Shown here: in pieces, positions 36,586 through 50,300 of the stretch
Layout of the letters: the number at the start of each line of letters is the position of its first letter
Numbering within the stretch: position 1 is the first letter of the stretch
From: Leucoraja ocellata
Lineage: Eukaryota
DNA: 64,000 nucleotides
Assembly (NCBI GenBank): GCA_036785375.1
Contig: JAWMAR010000203.1
Coordinates: 4,154,001-4,218,000 of the forward strand
Direction: 5' to 3'
Notes under the pieces: model-generated
The model's database searches: none
The model's input: the letters and a program-made list of their open reading frames with translations, nothing else
Told to the model about the DNA's origin: nothing
Translations under genes and position numbers: made by a program

Positions 36586-39231
36586 GAAGGTTTTTACATA
36601 CAAAAAGAAAACACCTCTGAAGCAATATTTGCAGCCAGGTTTATCACTTCTGAGACTTTTTAGATACCAAAGGAATCAAGAAAAAACACAAATAATGCCT
36701 TACTGTTGATGAAATACATTGAGCAAACGCAATAATTCACAATATTTTCAATCCTCCGGCTCCGTGCGTCAAGCCCTATGACCCAGTGACCTTACGTGCA
36801 ACCCCCCTATAGGAACCTGAGGTGTATCTTTTTTACACAAAGGGTGGTGGGTGCATGGAGCAAGCTGCTGGAGGTGGTTGTTGAGGCAAGTTCTATCCCA
36901 CCATTTAAGAAACCTTTAGACTGATACCCGGATACGACAGGTTTAGTGGAATATGGGCCAAACGCAGGCAGTTGCGATTAGTATAGATGGGACACGTTGG
37001 TCGGTGTGGGCAAGTTGGGTCAAAGGGCCTGTTTCCAGGCAGTATGACTATGACTAATTGCCCTCGATACCCTGTTCCCTGTGGCTCTCCCTTGTGTCAC
37101 AATCTTCACAAAGAAATGTCTTGAGTTTTTTTACACAGATCTGTTGAATTGGAATTATGAATAGAAAGTGTTTGAAGAATGATTGCAGGCACAAGGATCA
37201 GCAGATGCTGGATGGATAGAAAGGAGATGAGGGGAAATTTCTTCAGTCAGAGGGTGGTGAATCTGTGGAATTGCCACAGATGGCTGTGGAGGCGTAGTCA
37301 CTGAGTATTTTTTAAAGCAAAGAATGACAGGTTCTTGATTAGTAAGGGCATCAAAGGTTACGGGGAGAAGGCAGGAAAATGTGGTTGAGAATGAAAAATC
37401 GATCAGTCTTTATTGAATTGCAGAGCAGATTCAATGGTGTGAATGGCCTAATTCTGCTCCTATGTATTATGGCTTTATGCTGAGTAACTCAGCGGATCAG
37501 AGAGCATCTCTCGACAATATGGATAGGTGACGTCTCAGGTCGCGACCCTTCTTCACACTGATTGCCGTGGAGGCGGGAGGGGGGGGGGGGGGGGTGGGTG
37601 GTTGAAAATTCGGTGAGGGACGGGACAAAGCCTGGCAAGTGATAGGTGGATACAGGTGGGGGGGGGGGGGGGTTGACTGACAGATGGGTGGAGTCAGTTT
37701 ACAATGAGGGGAAGAGATGGGAAACTTTGATAGGAACCTGAGGGACAACTTTTTTCACACATAGAATGGTGGGTATTGTTCGATTAACTTTTCGTAACTT
37801 TGTCGGCACCAGAAATGTTACAACTCTTTGTGTACTGCCTAGGCGAGGTCTGCTGTATGATTTTACCGGATTGTATGCAACACAAAACATTTCACTACAT
37901 GTGACGATAAAATATCATTCATATGGACATGACTTCAGAATTAAGGGACAGAAGTTTAGGGGTAACATGAGGGGGAACTTCTTTACTCAGAGAGTGGTAG
38001 CGGTGTGGAATGAGCTTCCAGTGGAAGTGGTGGAGGCAGGTTCGTTGGGTTCATTTAAAAATAAATTGGATAGGCATATGGATGAGAAGGGAATGGAGGG
38101 TTATGGTATGAGTGCAGGCAGGTGGGACTAAGGGAAAAAAGTTGTTCGGCACGGACTTGTAGGGCCGAGATGGCCTGTTTCCGTGCTGTAATTGTTATAT
38201 GGTTATATGGAACAAGCTGCTGGAAGAATATATTGAAGCAGGTACTATAACAATGTTTAAAAAATATTTGGACAGGTACCTGGATAGGATAGGTTTTGAG
38301 GGATATGGGCCAAATGCAGGCATGTGGGACTAGTGTAGATGGGACATGTTGGTGGGTGTGAGCAGGTTAGGCCCAAGGGCCTGTTTCCACACTATACAAC
38401 TCTATGACTCTAATCTAAGTGGAGAAGTGGAATGTAAAGCCGCAGGGAGGGATATAGGTGGATGGTGACAGGAAAGGTGGGAGCGGGCTAGTGGGAGAAA
38501 GGGGTGCACACTGGGGGAAGGGAGTAAAGGCACAGGAAATTTAGGGAGAGACCTGGGATCAACTGCATCTGACAGAAACATGAAGGCATAACTGCACAAC
38601 ATAAGAAGGAAACCGAGTGGAAATTCTCAGAACAAACCCCTCAACAGATGAGCCACGGAGAGGTGGTCGGGCCGTGGAAAACTGGAAGTTAATAATGATT
38701 TAAAGATACAAAATGGAGTCTGCTGAAACTAAGACAAGCTTCTATTAAATTGCAAGGCCAGCGAAATGCACTAACATTTACCTTTCAGTACATTAACAAA
38801 GCTAGTACAAGTTTCACGAATGTCTTCTCTACAATGTAAACATTGAGAGAGAATTCAGACTAAGATTATGATGTGCGTCATAAGTAGAAAAAACTAAAAG
38901 CTTGTTCGGCCAAAATATCCTCTATCAGAAGACCCTGTCAATCTGCTGTCAATCTTAAGGATCTGTCAATCTTAAGAAGCAAGAGACTGTACTAACTATA
39001 GATAACGTATTGCTGAATCGTCGAATAAAGGGGTATATATACATGTACTGAAGTAATTGTTCCTGGATCGATCGCCTCAGCGCAGAGGGGGAACAAGGAG
39101 GGAGGGAAGAGAGAGACTAAGACTTTTGCCTCCATCACAGTGAGGAGGTGCTTGGTGAACTCACTGTGGTGGATGTTAATTTGTATTTATTGTATGTTTT
39201 GTTATTTATTATTATAGTGTATGTCTGCAGG

Positions 39232-39625
39232 CAGGGAGAGGGAGAGAGAGAGGGGGAGGAGAGAGGGGTGGGGTACGGGAGGAGAGAGGGATGGGGAGAG
39301 AGGAGGGGAGGAGGGAGGGGAGGAGGGAGGGGGAAGAATGTGGAGGGAGGGGGAGAGGGGAATGGAGAGAGTGGGAGGGGGAGGGGAGAGAAGTGGAAGA
39401 GAGGGTAGGGAGGGAGGGGTAGAGGGGTAGGGGGAGTGGTGGAAGAGGGACAGAGGGGTAGGGGAAAGGGGGCAGAGGGAGAGAGGGAAGGGATTGCAGT
39501 AGAGAGGGAAGGGGGGTGGGGGGGAGAGAGGGATGGGGGTGGGAGGAGGGGGAGGAGATAGGGGTGCGGGAGGGGAGGAGAGAGGGGAGGGGGAGAGAGT
39601 TGTGGGGGAGGAGGGAGATGGGGAA
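39232..39625. repeat. Purine-rich (G/A) low-complexity tract
   Basis: Near-pure G/A sequence. Confidence 0.85.
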
Positions 39626-39667
39626 CCACCTCCAGTTTAAATTCCATTTGGAATATTTTGGTGGTAC

Positions 39668-40570
39668 TCATCTCCAGGGGGGGACGAGTACGCCTACCGG
39701 GATGAGGTGGAGCAGCTGACAGTGTGGTGTGAAGAAAATAACCTGCTCCTCAACGACAAAGGAAGTAATAATAGACTTCAGGAAGAATAAAACGGACATG
39801 GTACCATTGACTATCAGAGGGGACTGTGTAGAGAGGGTGGCGGATTTCCGCTTCCTGGGAATCCATATTGAGGAGGACCTGACGTGGAGCGTGAACACCA
39901 CTGCGCTGCTGAAAAAGGTCCAGCAGAGACTGCACTTCCTGAGGGTGCTCAGGAAGAACAGCATCACTCAGAGACTGCTGCTGTCCTTTTATCGGTGCTC
40001 CATTGAGAGCATACTAACATACTGTGTATGCGTGTGGTACACCAGCTGCACAGCGGCTCCGAGGAAAGTGCTCCAGAGGGCCATTGACAACGCCCAGAGG
40101 ATTGTCGGCTGCCCTCTCCTTACCTTGGAGGACTTACACAGTTCCCGCTGCACCAAAAAATCCCAGAGTATCATAAAGGACATTTCCCATCCCGGACACT
40201 CCCTGTTTGAACTGTTGCCTTCAGGCAGACGGTACAGATCTACAAGGACAAGGACGAACAGACTAAAAAACAGTTTTTACCCCACTGCTATAAAAGCACT
40301 AAATGTAGCCGCCAAGGAACGCAGGGGCGAGACATACTAAGGGACTGTGGTACACTGTGAAATCGACAGAAGGATGGAGGGTTGGGTGTTTATGCGTGCT
40401 ATTTTCGTGATATTTATTTAGTTGTTTATCTTTTAATATTTTACCTTGTATGTATCGTTAGCTTTTAGAAATGTTTGAATGGTGCACTGACTGGCTGACA
40501 TTTTTAAATTTCGTTGTACATGGTTCATGTTACAATGACAATAAAGAAACTATTCTATTCTATTCTATTC
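39668..40570 (+). mobile_element. 5'-truncated Rex1-type LINE
   Basis: KEVIIDFRK...FLGIHI...LPSGRRYRS; AATAAA and (ATTCT)n tail. Confidence 0.9.
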
Positions 40571-43500
40571 TCAGTATCCTGTACCTGCCTTCTCTCCGTA
40601 CCCCCTGATCCCTTTAGCCACAAGGGCCACATCTAACTCCCTCTTAAATATAGCCATTGAACTGGCCTCAACTACCTTCTGTGGCAGAGTTCCAGAGATT
40701 CACCACTTTGTGTGGGACTTCTCTGTATAGTCTTATCAACATACTGTGAAGATATTTTTATCACACCCGCCTGGCGAAATAAACATTACTGCTTGATCAC
40801 TGATTGTATTTGTGTTTCTGTCTGTTCAAGCATATTTGTGCCATGACGGAACAAAGAAAGACCCAGCAAGGGTGGAGGGGGGACCGAGAACATTGAGGTA
40901 CCCAGCGGGGGAGGATGTGGGGTGCCGAGAACAAGGAGGGACCCAGCAGGGGTTGTGGGGGATGAAGGAAAGACTTAGCGAGGATGGGGGGCCGCCAAGA
41001 GAACATAGAGGGACATAGTGGCGGGGGAATGGCGAGAACAATGAGAGACCAACGTAACTCCAATGAGTACTTTTGTAACTGTTAGCATCAGGAACGTGGC
41101 GACTCTTTGTGTGCTTCGTGTATTGTATGCAATAACAAAGTATTTCACTGCACCAAGTTGCATGTGAAAATAAAAGATCATTGAATTCATTGACTGCTTG
41201 TTCCTACCAACTCTCTCCTGTGGCATGATCTTTGCAGAGTAATTTATTTTACTTTTGTTGCACTGACGCACTGAAGAGGAATCAGAAACAGAAAGTGTTC
41301 AAGGATGCCCATGGCTCCAGTGGCCAGAGTTCAAGCCCGACCTCCACTGACTCCATTCCCAAAATCCACAAACCTGGACTGCCCTGGCAGACCCCTTTGT
41401 TCTACCTGCTCCGTCCCACCAGATGCACCTCTATTCTATTTTGTCCCCCCCTCCGCCATTCAGTTCCTTCCGAACTACATCAGAGATTCCTCACAAAGTT
41501 CTTTGACTCTTCAATAGCTTCTCACTTCTCAGAAGGTCATGTGATAGGAGCAGAATTAGGTCATTTGGTCCATCAAGCCTGCTCCAGCATTCAATCATGG
41601 CTGATCTATCTCTCCCTCCTAACCTCATTCTCTTGCCTTCTCCCCATAACCATGCTAATCAAGAATCTATCCATCTCTCCTTAAAAATATCCATTGACTT
41701 GGCCTCCACAGCTGCATGTGGCAAGGAATTCCACAGATTTATCACCCTCTGACTAAAGAAATTCCTCCTCATCTCCTTCCTAAAGGAACATCCTATAATT
41801 CTGAGGCTATGACCTCTAGTCCTGGACTCTCCCAGTACTAGAAACATCCTCTCCACATCCACTCTATCCAAGCCTTTCACTATTTGGTAAGTTTCAATAA
41901 ATTCCAGTGAGTACAAGCTCAGTGCCGTTAAACACTCATCATATGGTCTAATTCCTAGACCCCCATCATTTCATCTTCACCACAGGTGCCCAGTGTCTTT
42001 GTACCTCCATTCTTTGTATCGCCAGGAAGGATTCAGGGTGCACCGATGCTTCCTACAATCAAAAGAACACAAAGTGCCGGAGTATCCCAGTACTCCACAT
42101 GTGGCCTCACCAATGTCTTGTACACAGTCACACATCATGCCTTTGGTCCTTGTTCACTGCTGTATTTGTTACTAGCAATTCTTAAACCAAATGCTTGTGA
42201 GCCTAATACAATGCAGTCATTCCACATATTTTACCAGATGTATTGCAATTTCCTGGGTAATATTTTTTTAATGAACAAATATAAAATAAATTCCAAACTT
42301 CATACGTTTTCTCACAATTAATTTAATCAGTAGTACAAATCCAAAGCAAGAGTTTATGCAACTTGTTCCCATGATAATGTGATAACACTGATGAATACAC
42401 TTGTAGACACCCTGTCATATCAAACCAGTCGCTAAGTATAGAACTTGAAAATAATGGAGCATCATTTTGATGTTCATTATGTGTATAAGTCCACCGATAT
42501 CCTCAAACAATCTGTTATAAGTACGTACATTCACATTTAAGAGCGATACAAGGTGCATAGACCATTTAAGAGGATGTTGCCAGGACTCGAGGGGTGGGTG
42601 AGCAGGCTAGGACTTTATTCCTGAGAGCACAGGAGGACAAGGGTTGATCTTATAGAGGTGTATAAAATCATGAGAGGAATGGATCAGAGAGATGCACCGT
42701 GTCTCTTGCCCAGAGCAGGGGAATCAAGAACCAAAGGACATAGGTTTAAGGTGAGAGGGGAACAATTTAATAGGAACGTTTTCACAAAGAGATTGATGGG
42801 TGTATGGAACAAACTGCTGAGGCTGGTAGTATTACAACATTTAAGAAGCATTTGGACAGGTACATGGATAGGACAGGTGTATAGAGGGATAATGAGCCAA
42901 ATGCAGGTAGGTGGGACTAGTATAGATGGGACATGTTGGTTGGTGTTGACAAGTTGGTCTGAAGAACCTGCTTCCACACTGTATGACTCTGACAAATAAT
43001 TGCAGATGTCGGAAACTTGAACAAAACACAAAGTGTTGGAAGAACTCAATGGGTCCGGCATCATCTGTGGAGGGAATGGACAGAAGACGTTCCCAAGATT
43101 CCCTTAAGCAAGACACATAGTAGTTTTAAAAAGAGTTATCCTCTTGCTTAGTTTAGTTTAGTGTAGTTTAGAGGTACAGCGTTTCAACAAACCCTCAGCC
43201 AACCGAGTCCACGCTGATCAGCGATTACCCATTCTGTCCTACAAACTAGAGACAATTTACCAAAGCCAATTAATCTACAAACCTGCACGTCTTTGGGATG
43301 TGGGAGGAAACCGGAGCACCAGGAGGAAACCCACACTGTCACAGGGAAAAGGTGCAAACACCACACAGACAGCACCCGTAGTCAGGATCAAACCCCAGTC
43401 TATGGCACAGTGAGGCAACAACTCTTCTGCTGCACCACCGTGTTCACCTTCATGGATACATTTCATCTGATACAGTTCCTCAGACCCCAACAAAGAAATA

Positions 43501-44213
43501 GTAATGGAGATTGTGAGAATGGCTTTGTTGTCTCATCAATAGGAATGAATTCCCTTGAGTGTCTGTACTCGTTCAATCTAAACTAAATAAATATATTCCT
43601 AAATAGTGGCAGCACGGTGGTGCAGCAGTAGAGATGTTGCCTCACAGATTCAATCCTGACTACGGTGGCTCTGTACGGATTTTGAATTTACTCCCCATGA
43701 AGGTGTTGGTTTTCTCTGGGTGCTCTGGTCTTCTCCCTTGTTTCAAAGAATGGTAGGTTAATTGGCTTCGGCAAGTAATTGTAAATTGACCCGGGTGTGT
43801 AGGATAGTGTAAGGGGGATCGGTGGCCGGCATGGACAGTGGGCTGAAGGGCCTGTTTCCGCATTGTATCTCTAAACTAAACTAGATTTTTAATGAAAGTA
43901 GATCACACTTGTGAAAATGTTCACATCTACTTGACGCTCCATCATGGCATTTGTGCACAGTTTGAACATTTTTGTGGTTTCATTTTAGTTGTAAGTTTCA
44001 GTTTCTTGTATCTTCATTTTTTAGTAATTAGTGATTTACTAGTTGGCCTTTCCCCTTTCAACAAACTTTGATCACTTCACCCTCCCCTTCCCTCCAGTTT
44101 AAAACACACTTGCTTTCTCCACATCTGTGGTTCCCTCTACAGGATGAGGGGTGGGGAGGGCATCATTGAAATATACCGAATAATGAAAGGTTTAAAGAGG
44201 ATGTGGAGAGGAT

Positions 44214-45405
44214 CAGTATTGCAGTGCTATTTTTTTAGGTGCCGGAGCTGTCAAACGGGTGTCATTTCAGGTTTTGCTTGTGGATAAGTTTCAGTTTCAG
44301 GTTTTGCTGGGGGATAACCAGGGATAAGTTTCTTTTTCTTCCTCATTTCTTCCTCATTTCTTCAGTGCAAACATCTGAACAGGAATACAAGTCTGATTTT
44401 GAAACATTATTATGTTCAGAACTACATTTGTACCTGGTTAGAAAGTTTGAACTAGAAGCAGGTGAAACACAGCTTTTGTCACTTTTACTATTATCAGTCT
44501 CTTTTACATTATTCTTGTTGCACTCCTCAGCTTGTTTACGAAAGAAAGAAGTTAATGTTGTTTGTGTAGAAGCCATAGGATTGTTAATGAGAAAAATTAA
44601 CTCTAGTATTAGAGAGTGATCTACGGAGTGGCACGGACTACCACAAATGTAGCCTAAGGGCCCACTTGGTCGTCATTTGCGCGTAATTTATGCAACATCA
44701 TTTACGCGTCCCGAAGCACGATGCGCGCGTCGTGACACGCACGTGATGAGCGTATGGTGCGCATTACGCGCGCATGGTGCACGATGACATAGGCAGTGAC
44801 GCGCAGCGTTGCAGGATTTTGTGATGTACAAAATCATCACGCGCCATCTGCGTGATGTGCAAGTGGGTCAGGCCCTTTACTAATGCGACTGAGTCAGAGC
44901 AGTGTTGCTAAGCTGCAGTTATAACAGAATTTACTGAAATAAAGCAAATGTTCTTTTGCATTTTAGTCACCTAAATTTGAACCATCTTACCAAGTAGTCA
45001 AATATGAAAAAGGAACGTCTAATGAACTTTTGATAAAGCCACAGATATTACAGAATATTAGTATCAAAAGCGGTAGGTTGGCAACCTGCCTCGTACCGTT
45101 TTTGTCGGAGAAATGATTGGACAGGAAGTGTAGGTGTCGATACTCAAAATATCCTGACACGTCGGGTATGACATGGTAAGTAAACCTATTCAAATCCTGC
45201 TGAGTTTTTAGATATACAAGAAGTTAAAGATCTTTACGTAAATTATTATCTTATCTACCCCAACCTTTGCTTCCATAAAATCCCCTTTATATGCGGACTC
45301 TGTTAAATTTCCCTATAGTTAAATTCCCTACTGTTTATTTTGGCTTTTTTTTTACAGAGATGCCGGAGCAGCGCTCCAGTGAGCTTCGGCAGCACTGCAC
45401 CCCTG
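44214..45405 (-). mobile_element. hAT-like deletion derivative containing a Harbinger-like MITE (~44658-44875)
   Basis: Termini CAGTATTGCAGTGCT / AGCACTGCACCCCTG and a transposase-like N-terminus MASTQTTLTSFFRK. The inner MITE is GGGCC..CCACTTG...CAAGTGGG..GGCCC. Confidence 0.5.
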
Positions 45406-45419
45406 GCTGCCACAGAATC

Positions 45420-46745
45420 TCATGTCTGTCCCCCTATCTATAATAGTGCCTTCTCACTATTGCTCTGCCTGACTTCACCTTACCCCGCTGTGCCTCAGAT
45501 CCAGGGCTAGTGCCACAGACATGGATGCTGCTGCTCTCTCCTGAATGGTAACCCACCTCACCCCATGTCCAAAATGTTACCTGTTTGGCAGGGGAATGGC
45601 TGCAGGAAATTCCTGAACTCTTTTCCTACTCTCTTTCCATGTGGTCACCAATCTATTCTCTGTCTGTACTTTAGCTGCCTGCGACCACTTCTTGAGAGCT
45701 ACTATCTATGACTTGCCCACTCTCCTGGATGAGCCTGAGGTCATCCAGCCACAGCCCCAGTTCCCTAACGCCGTCTTTAAGGAGCTGCATCTGGACGCAC
45801 TTCCTGCAGATGTAGTCCTCAAGGACATTGACCATCTTCCTGAGTTCCCACATCCCACAGGCCGAGCTCTCCATGGCACTAGTTTCCATCCCACCCACAC
45901 CAGGAAGCTCCAAAGGTTTCAAATGTCTTTTATTGTCACGTATGTCAATTAAAGTACAGTGCTGTTCGAATTAGCATCTTCATTATCTGCAAAACCACCC
46001 ACTTTTATATCATCTGCATACTTGCTAAACTTTCCATGTATGTTCCCATCCAAATCATTGATATAGATGACAAAACGTAATGGGGCCTCAATGAACCCTG
46101 AGGCACACCACTACTCACAGGCCTCCATTCTGAGAAGCAACCTTCCACCATCACCCTCATTCCATTCAGGTATCTCTCACTGATCCCATGTGATCTGACC
46201 TTCCAGAGTAGCCTACCATGCGGAACCTTGTTGAATGCTTTGCAGAAGCCCATAATTACAACATCTATAGCTGTGCCCTCATCAACCTATTAGGTAACAT
46301 CTTCAAAAACTCAGATTCGTGAAGCACAAACTACCATGAACAAAACCATTTTGAAACTCCCTAATCAGCCCTTATCCATCTAACTACATGTATATCTTGC
46401 CCCACAGAATACTCTCTAGTAACTTTCCAACTATGGATGTTAAGCTCACTGGCCTATATTTCCTAGCCGTTTCCCTACAGCCCTTCTTCAATAGAGGCAC
46501 ACCATTTGCCACCCTCTAGTCTTCCGGCACACCTCCTGTATTTAATGACGACTTGTAATATTCAGCTGGGGCTTCCGCAATCTCCTCTCCAGCTTCCCAC
46601 AATGTCCTCATATCTGATCAGGCCCGGGAGAATTATCTACCTTCACATACGTCAGGACATTCAGAACCTCTTCGACCGTAATACTGACTGCTCTCAAGAC
46701 ATTCATTGCCCCAAGCTCCTCAATCCTCGTCCTTCTCCATAATAA
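45420..46745 (-). mobile_element. Degenerate CR1 fragments including ORF1 zinc-finger/zipper and RT pieces
   Basis: SACGMWE...YICRKCVQMQLLKDGVREL; FCKAFNKVPHGRL; SGVPQGS. Confidence 0.7.
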
Positions 46746-46749
46746 AAAT

Positions 46750-46985
46750 GCCTTGCCCTCAATGCTTTCAATGCCTTGCTTTCAATGCTTTGCCCTCAAT
46801 GCCTTTCCTTCTATGCCTTACCGTCAATGCCTTAACTTGCCTTGCCTTCAATGCCTTAACATGCCTTGCATCCAATACCTTACCTTGCCTTGCCTTGCCT
46901 TGACTTCAATTCATTGCCTTGCATTCAGTGCCTCACCCTCAATGTCTTGCCTTCATTGCCTTGTTTCTGAATCCTTGCCTCCGAC
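46750..46985. repeat. Degenerate (CCTTG/CAATG) microsatellite
   Basis: Reiterated tgcct/caatg units. Confidence 0.8.
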
Positions 46986-47343
46986 ATCTTATTTTTCACA
47001 ATTCCATTAGTTCCCTCCACTAACCCAGAGGATTGGGGCTGATATGGGATGTGTAGGTTCCAGTCAAATCCTAGCACTTAGCATAAGGCTTTAACTATCC
47101 GTCCTGTAAAGTCTGGGAATTACATCCTTCATTAGGCACTTCTCGCATCATCCTTTCTGGTGGGGAAGGCCTCAACCCATTTAGAGAATATGTCCACAAT
47201 AACTAATAGGTATTTTAATCTTCCACTAGTGGCCATGTGTACAAAATCGATCTGCAAATTTGTGAACGGCCCACCGGGTAAAGGTAAATGGTCAAATATT
47301 GCAGTTGTTTTCCCTCTATTGTACTGCCTACAGATGCTGCAAG

Positions 47344-50300
47344 TGTGGTATTATGCAATAATAGTGTAAGGCTGGGCAGACGGGCACTAGGAACCAGTGT
47401 GACAGAAGCCAGGCTCCAGTAACCGGATGTGACTGGAACCCTGGGGTGTGGCAGTTAGGGAGATGCCTGGGCTGGCACACGAGCCTGTTGCTGTTGCTGC
47501 TGTTGTACAGAGTTGTTAAATAAAGAGATACTCCGTTTACGTCGTCGTACGAGCCTTATTACAAGCATAACTCGACATGGTGTCAGAACTGGGAGACTTG
47601 TTAGCAAAAAAAATAAATAAAGAAGAAGAGGAAGGTGTATCGTTTTGGCGGGAAATGGGAGACGAGCTGGCAGATATGGCGCACCCTACACCAACTGCTA
47701 CGTTCACAATACAACCTCCAGAGCCATCCGATTTTACCAAGCCTCAAGAATGGGAGCGTTGCATCAGGAGATTCGACCGCTTCAGGCTTGCAAGCAACTT
47801 AAACGCGACGTCGGCAGAAAACCAGGTGAACACGTTAGTGTATTGCATGGGCGATGAAGCTGAAGATGTGCTAAAGGGGCTAACGCTAACTGCAGATGAG
47901 AGAGGGTGTACACGGATGTCAAGGCAGGCTTTGATGCATTTTTTGTACCTAAAAAGAATGTAATCTACGAAAGAGCCAAGTTCAATCAGCGTGTGCAACT
48001 GCCAGGAGAAACGGTGGATTCCTTCATCACTGCTCTATACGGATTAGCTGAACACTGCAACTATGGACAGTTACAGAACGAGCTGAACCGCGACAGGTTA
48101 GTGGTCGGGCTGAGAAACGTCTCATTGTCAGAAAAGCTACAGCTAGACAGAGACCTAACCCTTGAAACTGCTATAACAAAGACAAGGCAGTCTGAAGAAG
48201 TTAGACGACAGCGGTCTGACTTAAGAGGAGAAAATAGCGGTGCTAGCAAGTGCTCAAATGTTGATGCTGTGCATGCTAAAAGCTACAGAAAACCCAAATT
48301 TCCCTCAAAGCCTCAGCCACAAGCACAAACACCAGGCAAAAATAAACTTAATACACAGCCACAGCCAGGTTCAAAGGCCTGCTATAGATGTGGAAAAATG
48401 CCCTTGCATGGAAAATTGGAATGCCCTGCTAAAGATGCTGTGTGTCACAACTGTGGCAAAAAGGGACATTATGGCAAAGTGTGCAGAAACAGTGCAAAAT
48501 CTCTCAATCAAGGAAGACCTGCCATAGAGCGGCTTCAGCTTGTGTGCAGGGTTGATGGCATCACCTTGGAATCAGTGAAACAACAATATCCAAAGCTGTG
48601 TAGCGGCTTGGGTCTTGTTCGGAGGCCATACTCAATTAAATTGAAGCCAGAGGCTGTGCCCTTCTCTATCCACACGCCACGCAGAGTCCCTCTGCCACTT
48701 ATGGGAAAAGTGAAGGAGGAGATAGACCGTATGGAGAAGATGGGCGTAATCACCAAGATTGAGGAGCCGACTGATTGGTGTGCCGGGATGGTGGTGGTGC
48801 CGAAAAAAACCAGTGATGTTCGCATTTGTGTGGACTTCACAATGATGAATGGATCAGTATGCAGAGAAAAGTTTATCCTGCCTTCTGTCGCGCACACTCT
48901 GGGCATGCTAGCTGGCGCAACAGTATTCAGCAAATTAGATGCCAACATGGGCTTTTGGCAAATACCATTGACAAAAGAGTCTGCCAAATACACCACCTTC
49001 ATCACACCTTTTGGGCGCTACTATTTTAACCGTCTACCCTTTGGCATAGCATCAGCCCCTGAGCACTTTCAAAGGATGATGATGACAGAAGTGACCGGTG
49101 GTCTGGAGGGGGTACTGTGTCACATGGATGACATCCTGGTCTGGGGACAGACGCAGGAGGAGCATGATGTGCGGCTACATGCGGTGCTAGAGAAGGCACA
49201 AAAGGCCGGCATTACGCTCAACATGGACAAATGTGAGCTCACACGCCACACAGTCAGATTCCTGGGTCATGTAATTTCAGCAGATGGAGTGAAGCCAGAT
49301 CCAGAGAAGACGAGAGCAGTACAAGAGATGGATGCACCCAAAAATGTCAGCGAACTCGGGAGTTTTCTGGGCATGGTCAATCAGCTGGGCCGCTTCTTGC
49401 CAAACCTGGCTGAAAAAGACAAAGTGCTACGAGACCTGCTGTCCAAGAAGAACCACTGGTACTGGGGGACAGAGCAGCAGGCCGCCTTTGATCAGTTAAA
49501 AACAGAGCTGTCATCCACACCAGTGCTCACATTATACAACCCAAACAGTGCTCTAAAGATCTCTGCTGATGCCTCTTCCTTTGGCCTGGGGGCAGTCCTG
49601 CTGCAGAAGAGCGATGCCATGTGGTCACCTGTGGCATATGCGTCCAGGTCAATGACACCAACAGAGCAGCGATATGCTCAAGTAGAAAAGGAGGCATTGG
49701 CTGCGACGTGGGCATGTGAAAGGTTCAGCTGTTTCATCCTGGGAAGACCATTCGAGCTGGAAACCGACCATAAGCCGTTGGTGAGTCTGCTGGGAGGGAA
49801 AGCTTTGGATGACCTCCCACCAAGAATCCAAAGATTTAGGATGAGACTCATGAGGTACAACTATACAGTCGATCATGTCCCTGGCAAAAGCCTGTGGACA
49901 GCCGACACCTTATCTCGTGCTCCTCTGAGAGCCGCAAGAACACACACAGACACGTGCCTATTAGAGGACACCAACATCTATGTAGACTCTGTCATCAGCA
50001 ACATTCCTGTCAGTGGAGATTATCTGAGCAGCCTACGTGCACAGTACTGCACAGACGGCTGGCCCGACAAAAGCCAACTGCAGGGAGTGCTGAGACATTA
50101 CTGGGCTGATAGAGCAGTGCTGACTGTGCACGATGGGCTGCTGCTGCGGGGCACGCGGCTCGTCATCCCATCAGCCTTACAAGGTGATGTGCTGCAGAGA
50201 CTACACGAGGGACACCTGGGGGTGACAAAGTGCAGGGGCCGTGCCAAACAGAGGGTATGGTGGCCAGGACTCAGCAGCCAGCTGAATGACATGGTGCTGA

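Noticed and set aside
38520-39060. Possible additional LTR (AATAAA, short internal repeats); similarly 40717-40853
   Set aside because: Could not define TG...CA boundaries with a TSD.
39135-39719. Proline- and glycine-rich ORFs (also 22240-22924 and 61587-62310)
   Set aside because: Low-complexity G/A or poly-G tracts.
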